Source: Acidimicrobiaceae bacterium
GTDB lineage: Bacteria > Actinomycetota > Acidimicrobiia > Acidimicrobiales > Aldehydirespiratoraceae
Direction of reading: 5' to 3'
Assembly (NCBI GenBank): GCA_026710865.1
Contig: JAPOQG010000255.1
Location: 484 to 64,483 of the forward strand
Length of the DNA: 64,000 nucleotides
In this document: positions 54,945 through 64,000 of the stretch, in pieces
How positions within the stretch are numbered: position 1 is the stretch's first letter
Layout: each line of letters begins with the position of its first letter
Translations under genes and position numbers: made by a program
The notes under the pieces: generated by a model
What the model saw: the letters and a program-made list of their open reading frames with translations, nothing else
Databases searched by the model: none
What the model was told of the DNA's origin: nothing

Positions 54945-55972
54945 GCCGTCTCGCAGCCTGGGTCAATCCCGTTCTCGCCCGTGAACTGGCCGAGAGGATG
55001 CGCGGACTGCGGGCGACGGTGATGCTGTCGGCCTATCTGGGCGTGCTCGGCCTGGTCGTGGTCCTCGTCTATCGCAACGAGTCGGTCACGGGCAGAGGAT
55101 TCGACGGCTCGCCGGTGACAGAGCTGGCCACCGCCGGGGAGGGGATCTTCGAGTGGACGCTGCTCTTCGCGATGCTGCTGGTGCTGTTCCTGGTGCCCGG
55201 CTTCACCGCCGGAGCCGTCGCCGGCGAGCGTGAGCGGCAGACCCTCGTCCCCCTGCAGGTGAGCCTGCTGAGACCGAGCAGCATCGTGTTGGGCAAGATC
55301 GGGGCGTCGGTGGCCTTCACCCTGCTGCTGGTGCTGGCCACGCTGCCCCTGCTCACGGTGGCCTACCTGATCGGCGGGGTGACGCTCGGCGACATCCTGC
55401 AGGGAACGGGCATGGTGATGTTCACCGCGGTCACCGTCGCGGCGCTCTCGGTGGCCTGTTCGACGTTCATGAGGCGCGTCCAGACGGCGACCGTGCTGTC
55501 GTACGGTGTGGTCCTGCTGCTGTGCGGGGCCACCTTCGCGGCCTACTTCGTCGTCGAGCAGATCGACTCCGACGGAGGCTTCGAGCCCGCCGATCCTCCC
55601 CGGCTCATCCTGGCTCCCAACCCGATCGTGGCCCTTGCCGACGCCACCGCCGATGGGCCCGACACGCTCACCGAAGCGTTCTTCGCGCCGCCGTTCAGCT
55701 CTTACGGCGGCAACGGCCCGCTCAGCGGGCTCAAGGAACTCGTGACCCCGGATCAGGTCTGGTCCGGCCGGCTCGCGGACGGTGCGATTGTTGATTTCGA
55801 GGTGGCCCCCGACGGTGACATCTTCGGCGTGGCCGGTCGAGGCGGCGGCCCGCCCGATCAGCCCAGCCTGCCGCTGTGGGCCCAGCACATCCTGATCATG
55901 GGCGCCCTAGCCGCGCTCTCGGTGTTCCTGTCGTCCCTTCGGCTGCGGACACCGGCCAAGACGGAGCGCTGA
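54941..55972 (+). CDS. ABC-2 type transporter permease
   Basis: Six or more hydrophobic segments. Overlaps the ATPase stop (ATGA). 343 aa with a soluble insert near the C-terminus. Confidence 0.75.
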   Translation: MSRLAAWVNPVLARELAERMRGLRATVMLSAYLGVLGLVVVLVYRNESVTGRGFDGSPVTELATAGEGIFEWTLLFAMLLVLFLVPGFTAGAVAGERERQTLVPLQVSLLRPSSIVLGKIGASVAFTLLLVLATLPLLTVAYLIGGVTLGDILQGTGMVMFTAVTVAALSVACSTFMRRVQTATVLSYGVVLLLCGATFAAYFVVEQIDSDGGFEPADPPRLILAPNPIVALADATADGPDTLTEAFFAPPFSSYGGNGPLSGLKELVTPDQVWSGRLADGAIVDFEVAPDGDIFGVAGRGGGPPDQPSLPLWAQHILIMGALAALSVFLSSLRLRTPAKTER

Positions 55973-55977
55973 CCGGA

Positions 55978-57609
55978 GTGCGGGGCCGGATGCCGGCGCG
56001 GGACCGGGTGCCGATGCCGGGTCGGAGACCTGTGCCGGACGGTACGGCGGTGCTGGATCAGGCGATGGGGCCGGACCGGGTCGGGGAGTTCCTCGCCGCG
56101 GTGCGGCGCCGCATCAGGCGGGCGTGGCTGTTGACCGCGGCCCAACGCTGGGCGCCGGCCGCGTCCGGGACCGCGCTGGCCCTCGTGGTGGCCTCCCGTC
56201 TCGTCCCGTGGCCATGGCTGGAGCTCGCCGCCCTTCTTGTGGGCGCCGGCACCGCGGCCGCCCTGATGGCGAGATGCCTCACCCTCCCGGTCAGCGCCGA
56301 GGCCGCAGCCCGCTCGGCGGACCGTGCCCTGGCCACCGACGACGCCCTGTCGACATCGCTGCAGTTCGCCGGTCTGGCCGGCGTCTTCGGAGACGGGATC
56401 CGGGCCAGGGCCGACACGGCCGCCCGGCGCGGCGACGCCCGCATCGCCGTTCCGATCAGGGTGCGATGGCGGCCGCTGCTGGCCGTGGCCGCGGCATCGC
56501 TGGCCGCGGTGGCTGTGACGCTCACGATCGACCCTGCCGCGCCGGGGGCGAGCCCCCGCGACGTCGAGCGCGCCGCCCTGGCCGGGGAGGCGGAGGGGCT
56601 GCGGGCCCGGGCCGAGGAGCTCGCGCGCAGCTCTGTCGCTTCCTCCGATCAGGCCGCCCTGGCCGAGCAGCTTCAACGGTTGGTGGAGGAACTCGAGCAG
56701 GCCACCGACCTAGAGGCGGGCCTGGCCGCGCTGGAGCAGGCCCGCAGCGAGCTCGAAGCCAGTGTCAGCGACCACTTCCTGGCCGAGAAGTCGGCCGTGC
56801 AGGGGTTGAACCGCTCGCTGGAGGCGCGGCCTCTGGCCGAGGAGCAGGGCGGCGCCGCCGCACAACTCGAAGCGCTCGGCGAGGCGCTCGCGGGGCTGTC
56901 GGACCAGGACCGGGCCGCGCTGGCCGAGCGCCTCGAAGCGCTGTCCGCCACCCAGACCGCGGGAAATCCGGTCGCGGCGGGCGCGCTCGCAGCGGCCGGC
57001 GAGTCTCTGGCGTCGGGCGAACTAGGACAGGCCGCCGCAGCGCTGGGAGAGGCCGCCGCGGCCCAACGCGCGGGCGAGGCCTCGCTGCTGGACCAGACCG
57101 CCCGGATCAACACTGCCGACCAGCTCGGCGATGCCTCCGCCCGCCTAGCGGATGTCAGCGGGCAGGGGCAGCGCCAGGGGCAGGGCGAAGGGCAGGGCCA
57201 GGGCGAGGGGCAGGGCGAGGGGCAGGGCGCGGGGCAGGGTCAGGGCGCGGGGAGCCCGTCGGGCTCGGTGACCGGGGCGAGCGGGGGAGCCGGCCAAGGA
57301 CGGGGCGGTCAGGGCACCGCCGGCGGGCGCGGCGACAGCACCGCGGCCGGCGGCAGCGGCGCCCCGACGGTGTGGGTGCCGGGCGGAGCGACCGACGAGC
57401 AGCGAGTGGGCGGCGCCTCCACGTCCGACCAGTCGTCGATCGTCGGGCAGGGCCAGGCGCTCACGGGCGCCACCGGTGCACGGGTGCCGGTGGACTCGGT
57501 GCTCAGCGACTACCTCGACGAGGCCGTCGAGAGCCTCGACCGGGGCCGGATACCACCCGCGTCGCGTGCGTTGGTCCAGCGGTACTTCGACATCATCGCC
57601 GGGTTCTGA
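55978..57609 (+). CDS. Membrane-anchored coiled-coil protein with Gly/Gln/Glu low-complexity tract
   Basis: In-frame part of ORF 55876..57609 (GTG 55978 or ATG 55990). Two N-terminal TM helices, long Ala/Glu/Leu helical region, GQGQRQGQGEGQGQGEGQGEGQGAGQGQGAG, conserved-looking C-terminus RIPPASRALVQRYFDIIAGF. Confidence 0.6.
   Translation: MRGRMPARDRVPMPGRRPVPDGTAVLDQAMGPDRVGEFLAAVRRRIRRAWLLTAAQRWAPAASGTALALVVASRLVPWPWLELAALLVGAGTAAALMARCLTLPVSAEAAARSADRALATDDALSTSLQFAGLAGVFGDGIRARADTAARRGDARIAVPIRVRWRPLLAVAAASLAAVAVTLTIDPAAPGASPRDVERAALAGEAEGLRARAEELARSSVASSDQAALAEQLQRLVEELEQATDLEAGLAALEQARSELEASVSDHFLAEKSAVQGLNRSLEARPLAEEQGGAAAQLEALGEALAGLSDQDRAALAERLEALSATQTAGNPVAAGALAAAGESLASGELGQAAAALGEAAAAQRAGEASLLDQTARINTADQLGDASARLADVSGQGQRQGQGEGQGQGEGQGEGQGAGQGQGAGSPSGSVTGASGGAGQGRGGQGTAGGRGDSTAAGGSGAPTVWVPGGATDEQRVGGASTSDQSSIVGQGQALTGATGARVPVDSVLSDYLDEAVESLDRGRIPPASRALVQRYFDIIAGF
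57160..57252 (+). repeat. Imperfect hexanucleotide tandem repeat (GGGCAG/GGCGAG units) inside the CDS
   Basis: gggcaggggcagcgccaggggcagggcgaagggcagggccagggcgaggggcagggcgaggggcagggcgcggggcagggtcagggcgcgggg. Confidence 0.8.
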
Positions 57610-57696
57610 GCACCACGATGAGCAGGACACGCACGAGGGCCGCAGACTCGAGCCGTCCGACCCAGAAGCCTCGGAACATGAAGGGCGAGAAAGCAG

Positions 57697-58701
57697 ATGA
57701 CTGAAATGAACCCGGATCGCTACGCGGCGGTGGCCGCGGCCATCGAAGCCCAGGTGGGCAAGGTCATCGTCGGCCAGGCCGACCTTGTGCGCGGCGTGCT
57801 CATCTGCCTGCTGTGCGAGGGGCACGCCCTGCTCGAGGGCGTCCCCGGCCTGGGCAAGACGATGCTGCTGCGCACCCTGGCCGACGCAGTGGACGTGGAC
57901 TTCGCCCGGGTCCAGTTCACGCCCGACCTCATGCCCGCCGACATCGTGGGGACACAGGTGCTGGAGTCCGCCGACCATGGCGGGCGCGACTTCCGGTTCC
58001 GGCCGGGGCCGGTCTTCGCCAATCTCGTTCTCGCCGACGAGATCAACCGGGCCACGCCCAAGACGCAGTCGGCGCTGCTGGAGGCCATGCAGGAGCGGTC
58101 GGTGACCGTCGGCGGGACCACCCGCCCGCTGCCCCGGCCGTTCCTGGTGATGGCCACCCAGAATCCGCTGGAGATGGAGGGCACCTACCCCCTTCCGGAG
58201 GCCCAGCTCGACCGGTTCCTGCTCAAGATCCATGTGCCCATGCCGCCCGCGGAGGAGCTGATGACGATCCTCGAGCGGACCACCGGGACCCACCGGGCCC
58301 AAGTCGAGCCCGCGGCCGGCGGCCGCGACATCGCCGCGATGGTGGCGCTCACCCGGCAGGTGCCCATCGCCGACCACGTCGCCCGCCACGCGGTCGACCT
58401 GGTGGTGTCCAGCCATCCCCAGCACGGCTCCGCGCCCGAGTTGGTGCGCCACTACATCCGGTTCGGCTCCTCGCCCCGGGGCGCCCAGTCGATCGTGCTG
58501 GCGTCGAAGGCTGCGGCCCTGCTCGACGCCAGGCCCTCGTGCTCGGTCTCCGACGTCCGAGCGGTCGCCCACAGCGCCCTGCGCCACCGGCTGGTGCTCG
58601 GCTACGAGGCGGCTGCCGACGGGGTGAGCGCCGACCAGCTGGTCGACGCCATCCTCGACGCCGTCCCCGAGCCCGGCTCCGGCATCCGGGGGGCGCCCTA
58701 G
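57697..58701 (+). CDS. MoxR-family AAA+ ATPase
   Basis: LLEGVPGLGKTML Walker A, VLADEINRA Walker B, ATQNPLEMEGTYPLPEAQLDRF. Confidence 0.9.
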   Translation: MTEMNPDRYAAVAAAIEAQVGKVIVGQADLVRGVLICLLCEGHALLEGVPGLGKTMLLRTLADAVDVDFARVQFTPDLMPADIVGTQVLESADHGGRDFRFRPGPVFANLVLADEINRATPKTQSALLEAMQERSVTVGGTTRPLPRPFLVMATQNPLEMEGTYPLPEAQLDRFLLKIHVPMPPAEELMTILERTTGTHRAQVEPAAGGRDIAAMVALTRQVPIADHVARHAVDLVVSSHPQHGSAPELVRHYIRFGSSPRGAQSIVLASKAAALLDARPSCSVSDVRAVAHSALRHRLVLGYEAAADGVSADQLVDAILDAVPEPGSGIRGAP

Positions 58702-58826
58702 AGGCCGAGCGGAGAGGCGGCAGGTCATGAGGCCATCAGCAAGACGCCGAGCGAGGCCGTGGGCAGTGATGCCCTGGTCTGGGCGGCCCGTGAGCGCAGC
58801 GAACAAGAGCGGGGAACGGATGCTTC
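58699..58826 (+). repeat. REP/MIRU-like intergenic element, copy C (between the MoxR stop and DUF58 start)
   Basis: Begins with the MoxR TAG (tagaggccgagcgg) and contains gcgaggccgtggg..cccgtgagcgcagcgaacaagagcgggg. Relative to copies A and B it carries a ~20-nt insertion in the central hairpin region. Confidence 0.6.
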
Positions 58827-58863
58827 GGAGCGAGGCGTCGACGGCTTTCGGCGGGGCCTGCTA

Positions 58864-59724
58864 GTGGCCCTGCTGCCGGCGGCGCTGCTGGGCCGGCTCG
58901 AACGGCTCCAGATCGCCACCCGGCGGCCCCTGGCCGGCCATCTCGCGGGCGAGCACCGCTCGCCCCGCCACGGCTCGTCGCTGGACTTCGCCGACTATCG
59001 CACCTATCACCCCGGCGACGACTTCCGCCTGATCGACTATCACCTGCTGGCCCGCCTCGACACGCTGCTCATCAAGCTGTTCGAGGCGGACGACGAGCTC
59101 GACGTCAGGCTGCTGATCGACACCTCCGCGTCGATGGGCTCCGACGGCAAGCTGCTGCACGCGCAGCGCCTGGCCGCGGCGGTCGGGTTCGTGGCTCTGG
59201 TGCGGCGAGACACGGTCAGCGTGAGCACGTTCCCCACCGGCGGGCCGGTGCCCCGTTTCGTGGGCCGCCAGGCGGCCGCATCGTTGTTCGGTCACCTCGA
59301 GGGACTGTCGGCCGCGGGCCCCACCACCGTCGCTCAGGCGGTGCTGCACCATCTGTCGAGACCCGGTCGGGCCGGGCTCACCGTGCTCTTGTCGGATCTG
59401 CTCACACCGGACTGGGAGCGAGGCATCACCCGGCTCCCGGCCCGAGGGGGAGACCTCGCCGTGATTCACGTCCTGTCACGCGCCGAGCTGGAGCCGGAGA
59501 TGCACGGCGACCTGGAAGTCGTCGACCGCGAGACCACCGAGCGCCTGGCGGTGAGCCTGTCGCCCGAGACGCTCGCCGAGTACCGGGCCGGCGCGCTGGC
59601 GTGGGCCGACGGAGTGGCCGCCCGCTGCCGCCACGTGGGCGCGGCCTACACACGGACCCTGGCCGGCGACGATCTTGAGTCCGTGCTGCTGAGCGGCTGG
59701 CTCCGAGCAGGCGTCTTCAGATGA
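58864..59724 (+). CDS. DUF58 protein (MoxR-associated, vWA-like)
   Basis: GEHRSPRHGSSLDFADYRTYHPGDDFRLIDY and LLIDTSASMG. The listed ORF starts at 58759 but its first 25 codons translate the repeat element. GTG 58864 preferred. Confidence 0.8.
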   Translation: MALLPAALLGRLERLQIATRRPLAGHLAGEHRSPRHGSSLDFADYRTYHPGDDFRLIDYHLLARLDTLLIKLFEADDELDVRLLIDTSASMGSDGKLLHAQRLAAAVGFVALVRRDTVSVSTFPTGGPVPRFVGRQAAASLFGHLEGLSAAGPTTVAQAVLHHLSRPGRAGLTVLLSDLLTPDWERGITRLPARGGDLAVIHVLSRAELEPEMHGDLEVVDRETTERLAVSLSPETLAEYRAGALAWADGVAARCRHVGAAYTRTLAGDDLESVLLSGWLRAGVFR

Positions 59725-59782
59725 CGCCCGGCCCCGGCGCCGGCCGCGCTCGGGATGGCGCGGCGACCCGCGGAGCGACCCG

Positions 59783-62700
59783 GTGAGGTTCGCCGACCCG
59801 GCCGCACTGTGGTGGGCGCTGCTGGCCGTGCCGGTCGTGCTGCTCCACGTGCTCAGGCCGAGACGGCCGCCACGGGTGGTGAGCTCCACGCTGCTGTGGC
59901 GGGCCGTCGAGCGCCCGGTCACGTCGGCGGTGCCGTTCCGCATGCTGCGACCCTCGTGGCTTCTGCTGCTCCAGCTGCTCGCGGTCGGTCTGCTCACGGC
60001 TGCCCTCGCCGATCCGGTGCGGGTCGAGGCAACCCCGCTGGCCGAGCACACCGTGTTCCTCATCGACGGCTCCGGCTCGATGCTCGCGCTCGACGGCCGG
60101 CCCGACCGGATCGCCGACGCCAGAGCCCGAGCGGTCCGGGTGCGCCGGGACCTGCCCGCCGGCGGCATCGCCAGCGTGATCGAGGTCGGCCCGCAGCCCC
60201 GGGTGCTGCTGTCGGCCAGTGCAGACACCGGCGCCTTCGACGAGGCGGTGGCCGCGACGCGGGCCAGCCCGGGCCGGGCCGGCTTCGCGGCCGCCTTCGC
60301 GCTGGCCGAGGGTCTGGAGACCGCCGATGCGCCCATCGGTTTCGTCCTCGTGTCCGACGGCGGGCTGAGCGAGGAGGAGCAGCGGCTGCTGCCACCGGGC
60401 GCCACCTACGAGCAGGTCGGGTCGGGCGCCACCAACCGGGGTGTCACCGCCCTCGACGTCGAGGCCCGGCCGACCGAGCTCCATGTCCGGGTGACGGTCG
60501 CCAACACTGGCGGTCCCGCCGCGGTCCAGACCCTGCGACTCGACGTGGACGGTCGCACGCGCCAGCGCGTCGAACTGGACCTCGCGGTGGGCGAGACCCG
60601 GGTGTACGAGACCGACCTCACCGCCGGCGACCGGGTCGATGCGTTCCTCGAAGGCGAGGATCTGCTCGCGGCCGACAACCGGCGAGTCGCGGTCAGCCGG
60701 CGCCGCCAGCCCATCCGGGTCCAAGTGGTGGGCGAGCCCGATCCGTTCCTCGACGCGCTGCTTCAAGCCGTCGACGGACTCAGCCTGGTCTCCGGCGTGG
60801 AGGGCGATCGGCCCGATCTCGTCGTCTACAACCGGTCCCGGGTGCCGTCCGCGCCCTCGACGCCCTTCATCGCCATCCGTGCCCCCGGAGGAGCACCGGG
60901 GCTGTCGGTTGTCGGCGAGGCCGAGGGGCCCGCCCTGACGCTCGTGCGCTCCGACGAAGCGCTGCTGGGCGGGATCGACCTGTCGGGGCTGGCAGTCGCC
61001 ACCGCCCAGCAGGTGCGCTCGGACACCGCCGAGGTCCTGCTGGCCGCGGAGTCGGCGCCGCTGCTGCTTCGGGGCCGCGCCGGCGGGGTGCGGTTCGCCT
61101 ACCTCGCGTTCGGGCTGAGCGATTCCAACCTCCCGTTGCAGACGGCGTTCCCCCTCCTCGGCGAGCGTCTGCTGGCGGAGCTGACAGGAGCGCGACTGCC
61201 GCCGGCGTCGATCGAGGTCGGCGAGACGCTCACGCTGCCGTCGCAGTCCGGAGGGGTGTTGACCGACCCGGCCGGCACCGTCGTCGAGCTGGCGCCCGGG
61301 TCGCCCGGGTTGGTGGTCGAGCGGCCTGGACTGTGGAGCGTCGCGGTGCCCGGCCGGCCCGAGACGCTCGTGGCCGTGAACCCGGCTGCGACGGAGTCCG
61401 GCCTCACACCGGTTCCGGGGCTGCCGACCGAGCTCAGGCCACTGCGCCCCGGTGAGCCGCGCCCGGAGAGCTATTCTTCTCTGCGGCTGTGGGCGGTCGC
61501 CGCCGCGCTGGCCGCGGTCGCCGCGGAGTTCCTGCTCGCCCGGCGGCGGGTCGGTGTGGCCCCGCTCCAGTGGAGGCTGGCCAACGCGGTGAGGACCCTG
61601 GTGGTGCTGGCCCTGCTCGGTGCGCTCATCGACGCCGGGTACGAGCGCGACGCCGGGGAGGTGGCCACCGTCTTCGTGGTGGACGCGTCGGACTCGCTAG
61701 GCACCCGCGGCCGGGCCGAGGCGGTCTCCTTCGTCACCCAGGCGTTGGCCGCCCAGCCCGACGGCGCCCGGGCCGGTGTGGTCATGTTCGGCGGCGATGC
61801 CCGCATAGAGCTGCTGCTGCGGCGCGAGGCGTCCTTCCTCCAGCCCTCCGTCAGGGTCGACCCGTCCCGTACGGACCTGGCGGCCGCGCTGCGGCTCGGC
61901 GGGGCCGTGCTGCCCTCCGATGCCCGCCGCCGGGTGGTGCTGGTGAGCGACGGCCGGGCCACCGACGGTGACGCGGCCCGCGAGGCGGCCCGGCTGCGCG
62001 ATCAGGGCATATCCGTCGACACGGTGCTGATCGACACTCCCGGTTCGGCAGACATCGCCATCGGCGCGGTGCGGGCCCCGAGCCGGGTGTCTCAGGGGGA
62101 GCGGATCCCCATCGGCGTGGCGCTCCAATCGACCCTGGAGGGGCCCGCAGTGGTGACGCTGCGCGTCGACGGCGAGGTCGCGGCCGTGCAGCGCCTCGAC
62201 GTGGTGGCGGGTGCTCAGAGCGTGACCTTCACCGACATCGCCGCCGGCGGGGGGCTGCGCCGCTACCGGGTGGACGTCGAGAGCGCAGCCGACGCAGTCA
62301 CGCAGAACAACCACGCCTTCGCCGCGGTGGAGGTCGCCGGACCCGCCCGCGTGCTGGTCGTGGAGGGGGTGTCCGGCAACGGGGCCGAGCTCGCTGGCGC
62401 GCTCGAGGCCGGCGGGCTGGAGGTGGACACGGTGCCGGTGTCGGGGATACCGCAGATGGACGGGCTGCTCGCGTACTCGTCGATCCTGCTGGTGGACGTG
62501 GACCAGCGCCAGCTGTCGAACCGCCAGGTGGGCGCCCTGAGCGGCGCGGTGCGCGACGGCGGCCGGGGTCTGGTGACCCTCGGCGGGAACCAGTCCTACG
62601 GTCTCGGCGGCTACTACACCAGCGAGCTGGAGCGCCTGCTGCCCGTCGTCAGCGAGATCCTCGACCCCTTGCGGCGCCAGACCGTCGCCGAGGTCCTGGC

Positions 62701-64000
62701 CATCGACACCAGCGGATCCATGGGCGCCTGCCACTGCTCGGAGAACGACTTCGTCAGCAACCGGATCGACGGCGGCGTCAACAAGACCGACATCTCGCGC
62801 GCCGCGGCCGCTCGCACCATCGCCGCGCTGGGCTCCAACGACGAGATCGGCGTGCTCGCGTTCGACGTCGAGGAGCGATGGGTGCTCGAACTCCAGAAGC
62901 TTCCCGCCCAGGACGTCGTCAACCAGGGTCTGGCCATGCTCAACCCCGACGGCGGCACCAACCCCTCAGGCTCGCTGCAGGAGGCCGCCAGTGCGCTGCG
63001 CCAGAGCAACGCGGCGCTCAAGCACATCATCCTGTTCACCGACGGGTTCACCGCCCCTGCGCTGCTGGACGGCCTCGCCGACGAAGCGTCGGCGCTGGCG
63101 GGCGAAGGCATCACGGTGTCGGTCGTCGCCACCGGCGAGGGCGCGGCCGGCGACCTCGAAGCGGTCGCGCAGGCCGGCCGCGGCCGGTTCTACCCCGGTC
63201 GGGACCTCCAGCAGATCCCGCAGCTCATCATGGACGAGGCCGTCCTGGCGTCGCGAGACTTCATCAACGAGGGCGAGTTCCTCCCCACGGTCACGTCTTC
63301 GCTGCCGGTGGTGGCCGGCCTCCGCCAGTCCCCGCCGCTGCTGGGCTACGTGGCAACCACCGCCCGGCCCCGGGCCGTCACGCTGCTGGAGATCGGGCCC
63401 GACGCCGATCCGCTGCTGGCCCGCTGGCAGGTCGGTCTCGGGACGGTGACGTCCTGGACGAGCGACGCATCGCAGCGCTGGTCGCGGCTGTGGGCCGGAT
63501 GGGACGGCTATGTCGGGTTCTGGTCGAGGGTGGTCCGCGACAGCTTCCCCACCCTCGACGACAGCACCACCGCGGTGGTCGACGACGGCGTGCTGCGCAT
63601 CCGGGTGGAGGCCGACGGCGGCTTCGGCGACAGTGCGGCCGCCACCGCCCGCATCACCGATCCCGCGCTGGCGGGCCGCCGGATCGGGCTGAGCCGGGTG
63701 GGCCCCGACACGTTCGTCGGCGAGTTGGTCACCGACGAGGCGGGCGTCTACGTGGTCGGGACCTCGGTGTCGTCCGCTGACGGGTCGGTCATTCAGGGCA
63801 CCGCCATCGCCAGCCAGCCGTACGGCCGGGAGTACGAGCCCGGTGTTGCTGACGGGCCCCTGCTGGCACGGATCGCCGAAGCCGGATCGGGCCGGGCCGG
63901 CATCGAGCCGGCGATGGCCTTCGACGCTGGCGGGTTGGTGGCCGGCCGCTCCCGGGTGGCTCTCGCCCGCTGGCTGTTGCTGGCCGCCGCGGTGCTGTTC
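59783..64000 (+). CDS. Giant membrane protein: BatA-type N-terminal double-TM domain followed by three vWA domains and a GATase1-like region, partial (no stop before window end)
   Basis: Own translation of frame 2 from GTG 59783: VRFADPAALWWALLAVPVVLLHVLRPRR.., MIDAS motifs FLIDGSGSM, VVDASDSLG, AIDTSGSMG, internal TM pair around 61480-61620. More than 1405 codons are open. Absent from the ORF track because no stop is reached. The frame is closed upstream by TGA 59690-59692. Confidence 0.8.
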   Translation, partial: MRFADPAALWWALLAVPVVLLHVLRPRRPPRVVSSTLLWRAVERPVTSAVPFRMLRPSWLLLLQLLAVGLLTAALADPVRVEATPLAEHTVFLIDGSGSMLALDGRPDRIADARARAVRVRRDLPAGGIASVIEVGPQPRVLLSASADTGAFDEAVAATRASPGRAGFAAAFALAEGLETADAPIGFVLVSDGGLSEEEQRLLPPGATYEQVGSGATNRGVTALDVEARPTELHVRVTVANTGGPAAVQTLRLDVDGRTRQRVELDLAVGETRVYETDLTAGDRVDAFLEGEDLLAADNRRVAVSRRRQPIRVQVVGEPDPFLDALLQAVDGLSLVSGVEGDRPDLVVYNRSRVPSAPSTPFIAIRAPGGAPGLSVVGEAEGPALTLVRSDEALLGGIDLSGLAVATAQQVRSDTAEVLLAAESAPLLLRGRAGGVRFAYLAFGLSDSNLPLQTAFPLLGERLLAELTGARLPPASIEVGETLTLPSQSGGVLTDPAGTVVELAPGSPGLVVERPGLWSVAVPGRPETLVAVNPAATESGLTPVPGLPTELRPLRPGEPRPESYSSLRLWAVAAALAAVAAEFLLARRRVGVAPLQWRLANAVRTLVVLALLGALIDAGYERDAGEVATVFVVDASDSLGTRGRAEAVSFVTQALAAQPDGARAGVVMFGGDARIELLLRREASFLQPSVRVDPSRTDLAAALRLGGAVLPSDARRRVVLVSDGRATDGDAAREAARLRDQGISVDTVLIDTPGSADIAIGAVRAPSRVSQGERIPIGVALQSTLEGPAVVTLRVDGEVAAVQRLDVVAGAQSVTFTDIAAGGGLRRYRVDVESAADAVTQNNHAFAAVEVAGPARVLVVEGVSGNGAELAGALEAGGLEVDTVPVSGIPQMDGLLAYSSILLVDVDQRQLSNRQVGALSGAVRDGGRGLVTLGGNQSYGLGGYYTSELERLLPVVSEILDPLRRQTVAEVLAIDTSGSMGACHCSENDFVSNRIDGGVNKTDISRAAAARTIAALGSNDEIGVLAFDVEERWVLELQKLPAQDVVNQGLAMLNPDGGTNPSGSLQEAASALRQSNAALKHIILFTDGFTAPALLDGLADEASALAGEGITVSVVATGEGAAGDLEAVAQAGRGRFYPGRDLQQIPQLIMDEAVLASRDFINEGEFLPTVTSSLPVVAGLRQSPPLLGYVATTARPRAVTLLEIGPDADPLLARWQVGLGTVTSWTSDASQRWSRLWAGWDGYVGFWSRVVRDSFPTLDDSTTAVVDDGVLRIRVEADGGFGDSAAATARITDPALAGRRIGLSRVGPDTFVGELVTDEAGVYVVGTSVSSADGSVIQGTAIASQPYGREYEPGVADGPLLARIAEAGSGRAGIEPAMAFDAGGLVAGRSRVALARWLLLAAAVLF

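Noticed and set aside
59755-63780. ORF-track entries 59755..61455(+), 61697..62734(-), 62878..63780(+) and 59476..60766(-)
   Set aside because: All are alternative frames of the giant frame-2 ORF starting at 59783, which carries the recognisable BatA-N and vWA motifs.

Overview
High-GC (roughly 70% by eye) bacterial chromosome segment with actinobacterial-type gene order. All functional calls rest on motif recognition by eye, not on database searches.

Backbone:
- UbiD-like decarboxylase, amidohydrolase and COG0523 GTPase (1-3.2 kb).
- tRNA-Lys, tRNA-His and tRNA-Arg (4.26-4.65 kb).
- aceA divergent from a RamB-like regulator (10.5-13.5 kb).
- phoH-ybeY-corC-era-uppS-recO-glyQS-dnaG (13.5-22 kb), then tRNA-Asn (22.0 kb).
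- PotABCD-like ABC importer (32.5-36.6 kb).
- A minus-strand aromatic meta-cleavage cluster (37-43.4 kb).
- A BKACE / TetR / IclR / carnitine-dehydrogenase-like / acyl-CoA block (43.6-51.7 kb).
- A co-directional operon longer than 12 kb that couples an ABC ATPase and permease to MoxR, DUF58 and a giant multi-vWA protein (51.8-64 kb, runs off the window).

Accessory DNA:
1. 4.65-10.5 kb, next to tRNA-Arg: a mosaic of intact and decayed toxin-antitoxin genes (AbiEi/AbiEii twice, HicB/HicA three times), with an IS256 transposase fragment and a tRNA-like remnant.
2. 22.09-28.55 kb: a lower-GC island at tRNA-Asn bounded by a 14-nt repeat of the tRNA 3' end. It carries a DNA methyltransferase, a stand-alone ABC/AAA_21-type ATPase, a wHTH protein and an MNT/HEPN-like fusion. 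This is my best candidate for an uncharacterised defence module, though it may be decayed.
3. 28.7-32.1 kb: a BhbA-type self-sufficient reductive dehalogenase gene, interrupted by a 166-nt C-enriched noisy duplicate that looks like an assembly artefact.

A ~110-nt REP/MIRU-like element recurs at three intergenic sites. No rRNA, CRISPR array, integrase or prophage genes were seen.
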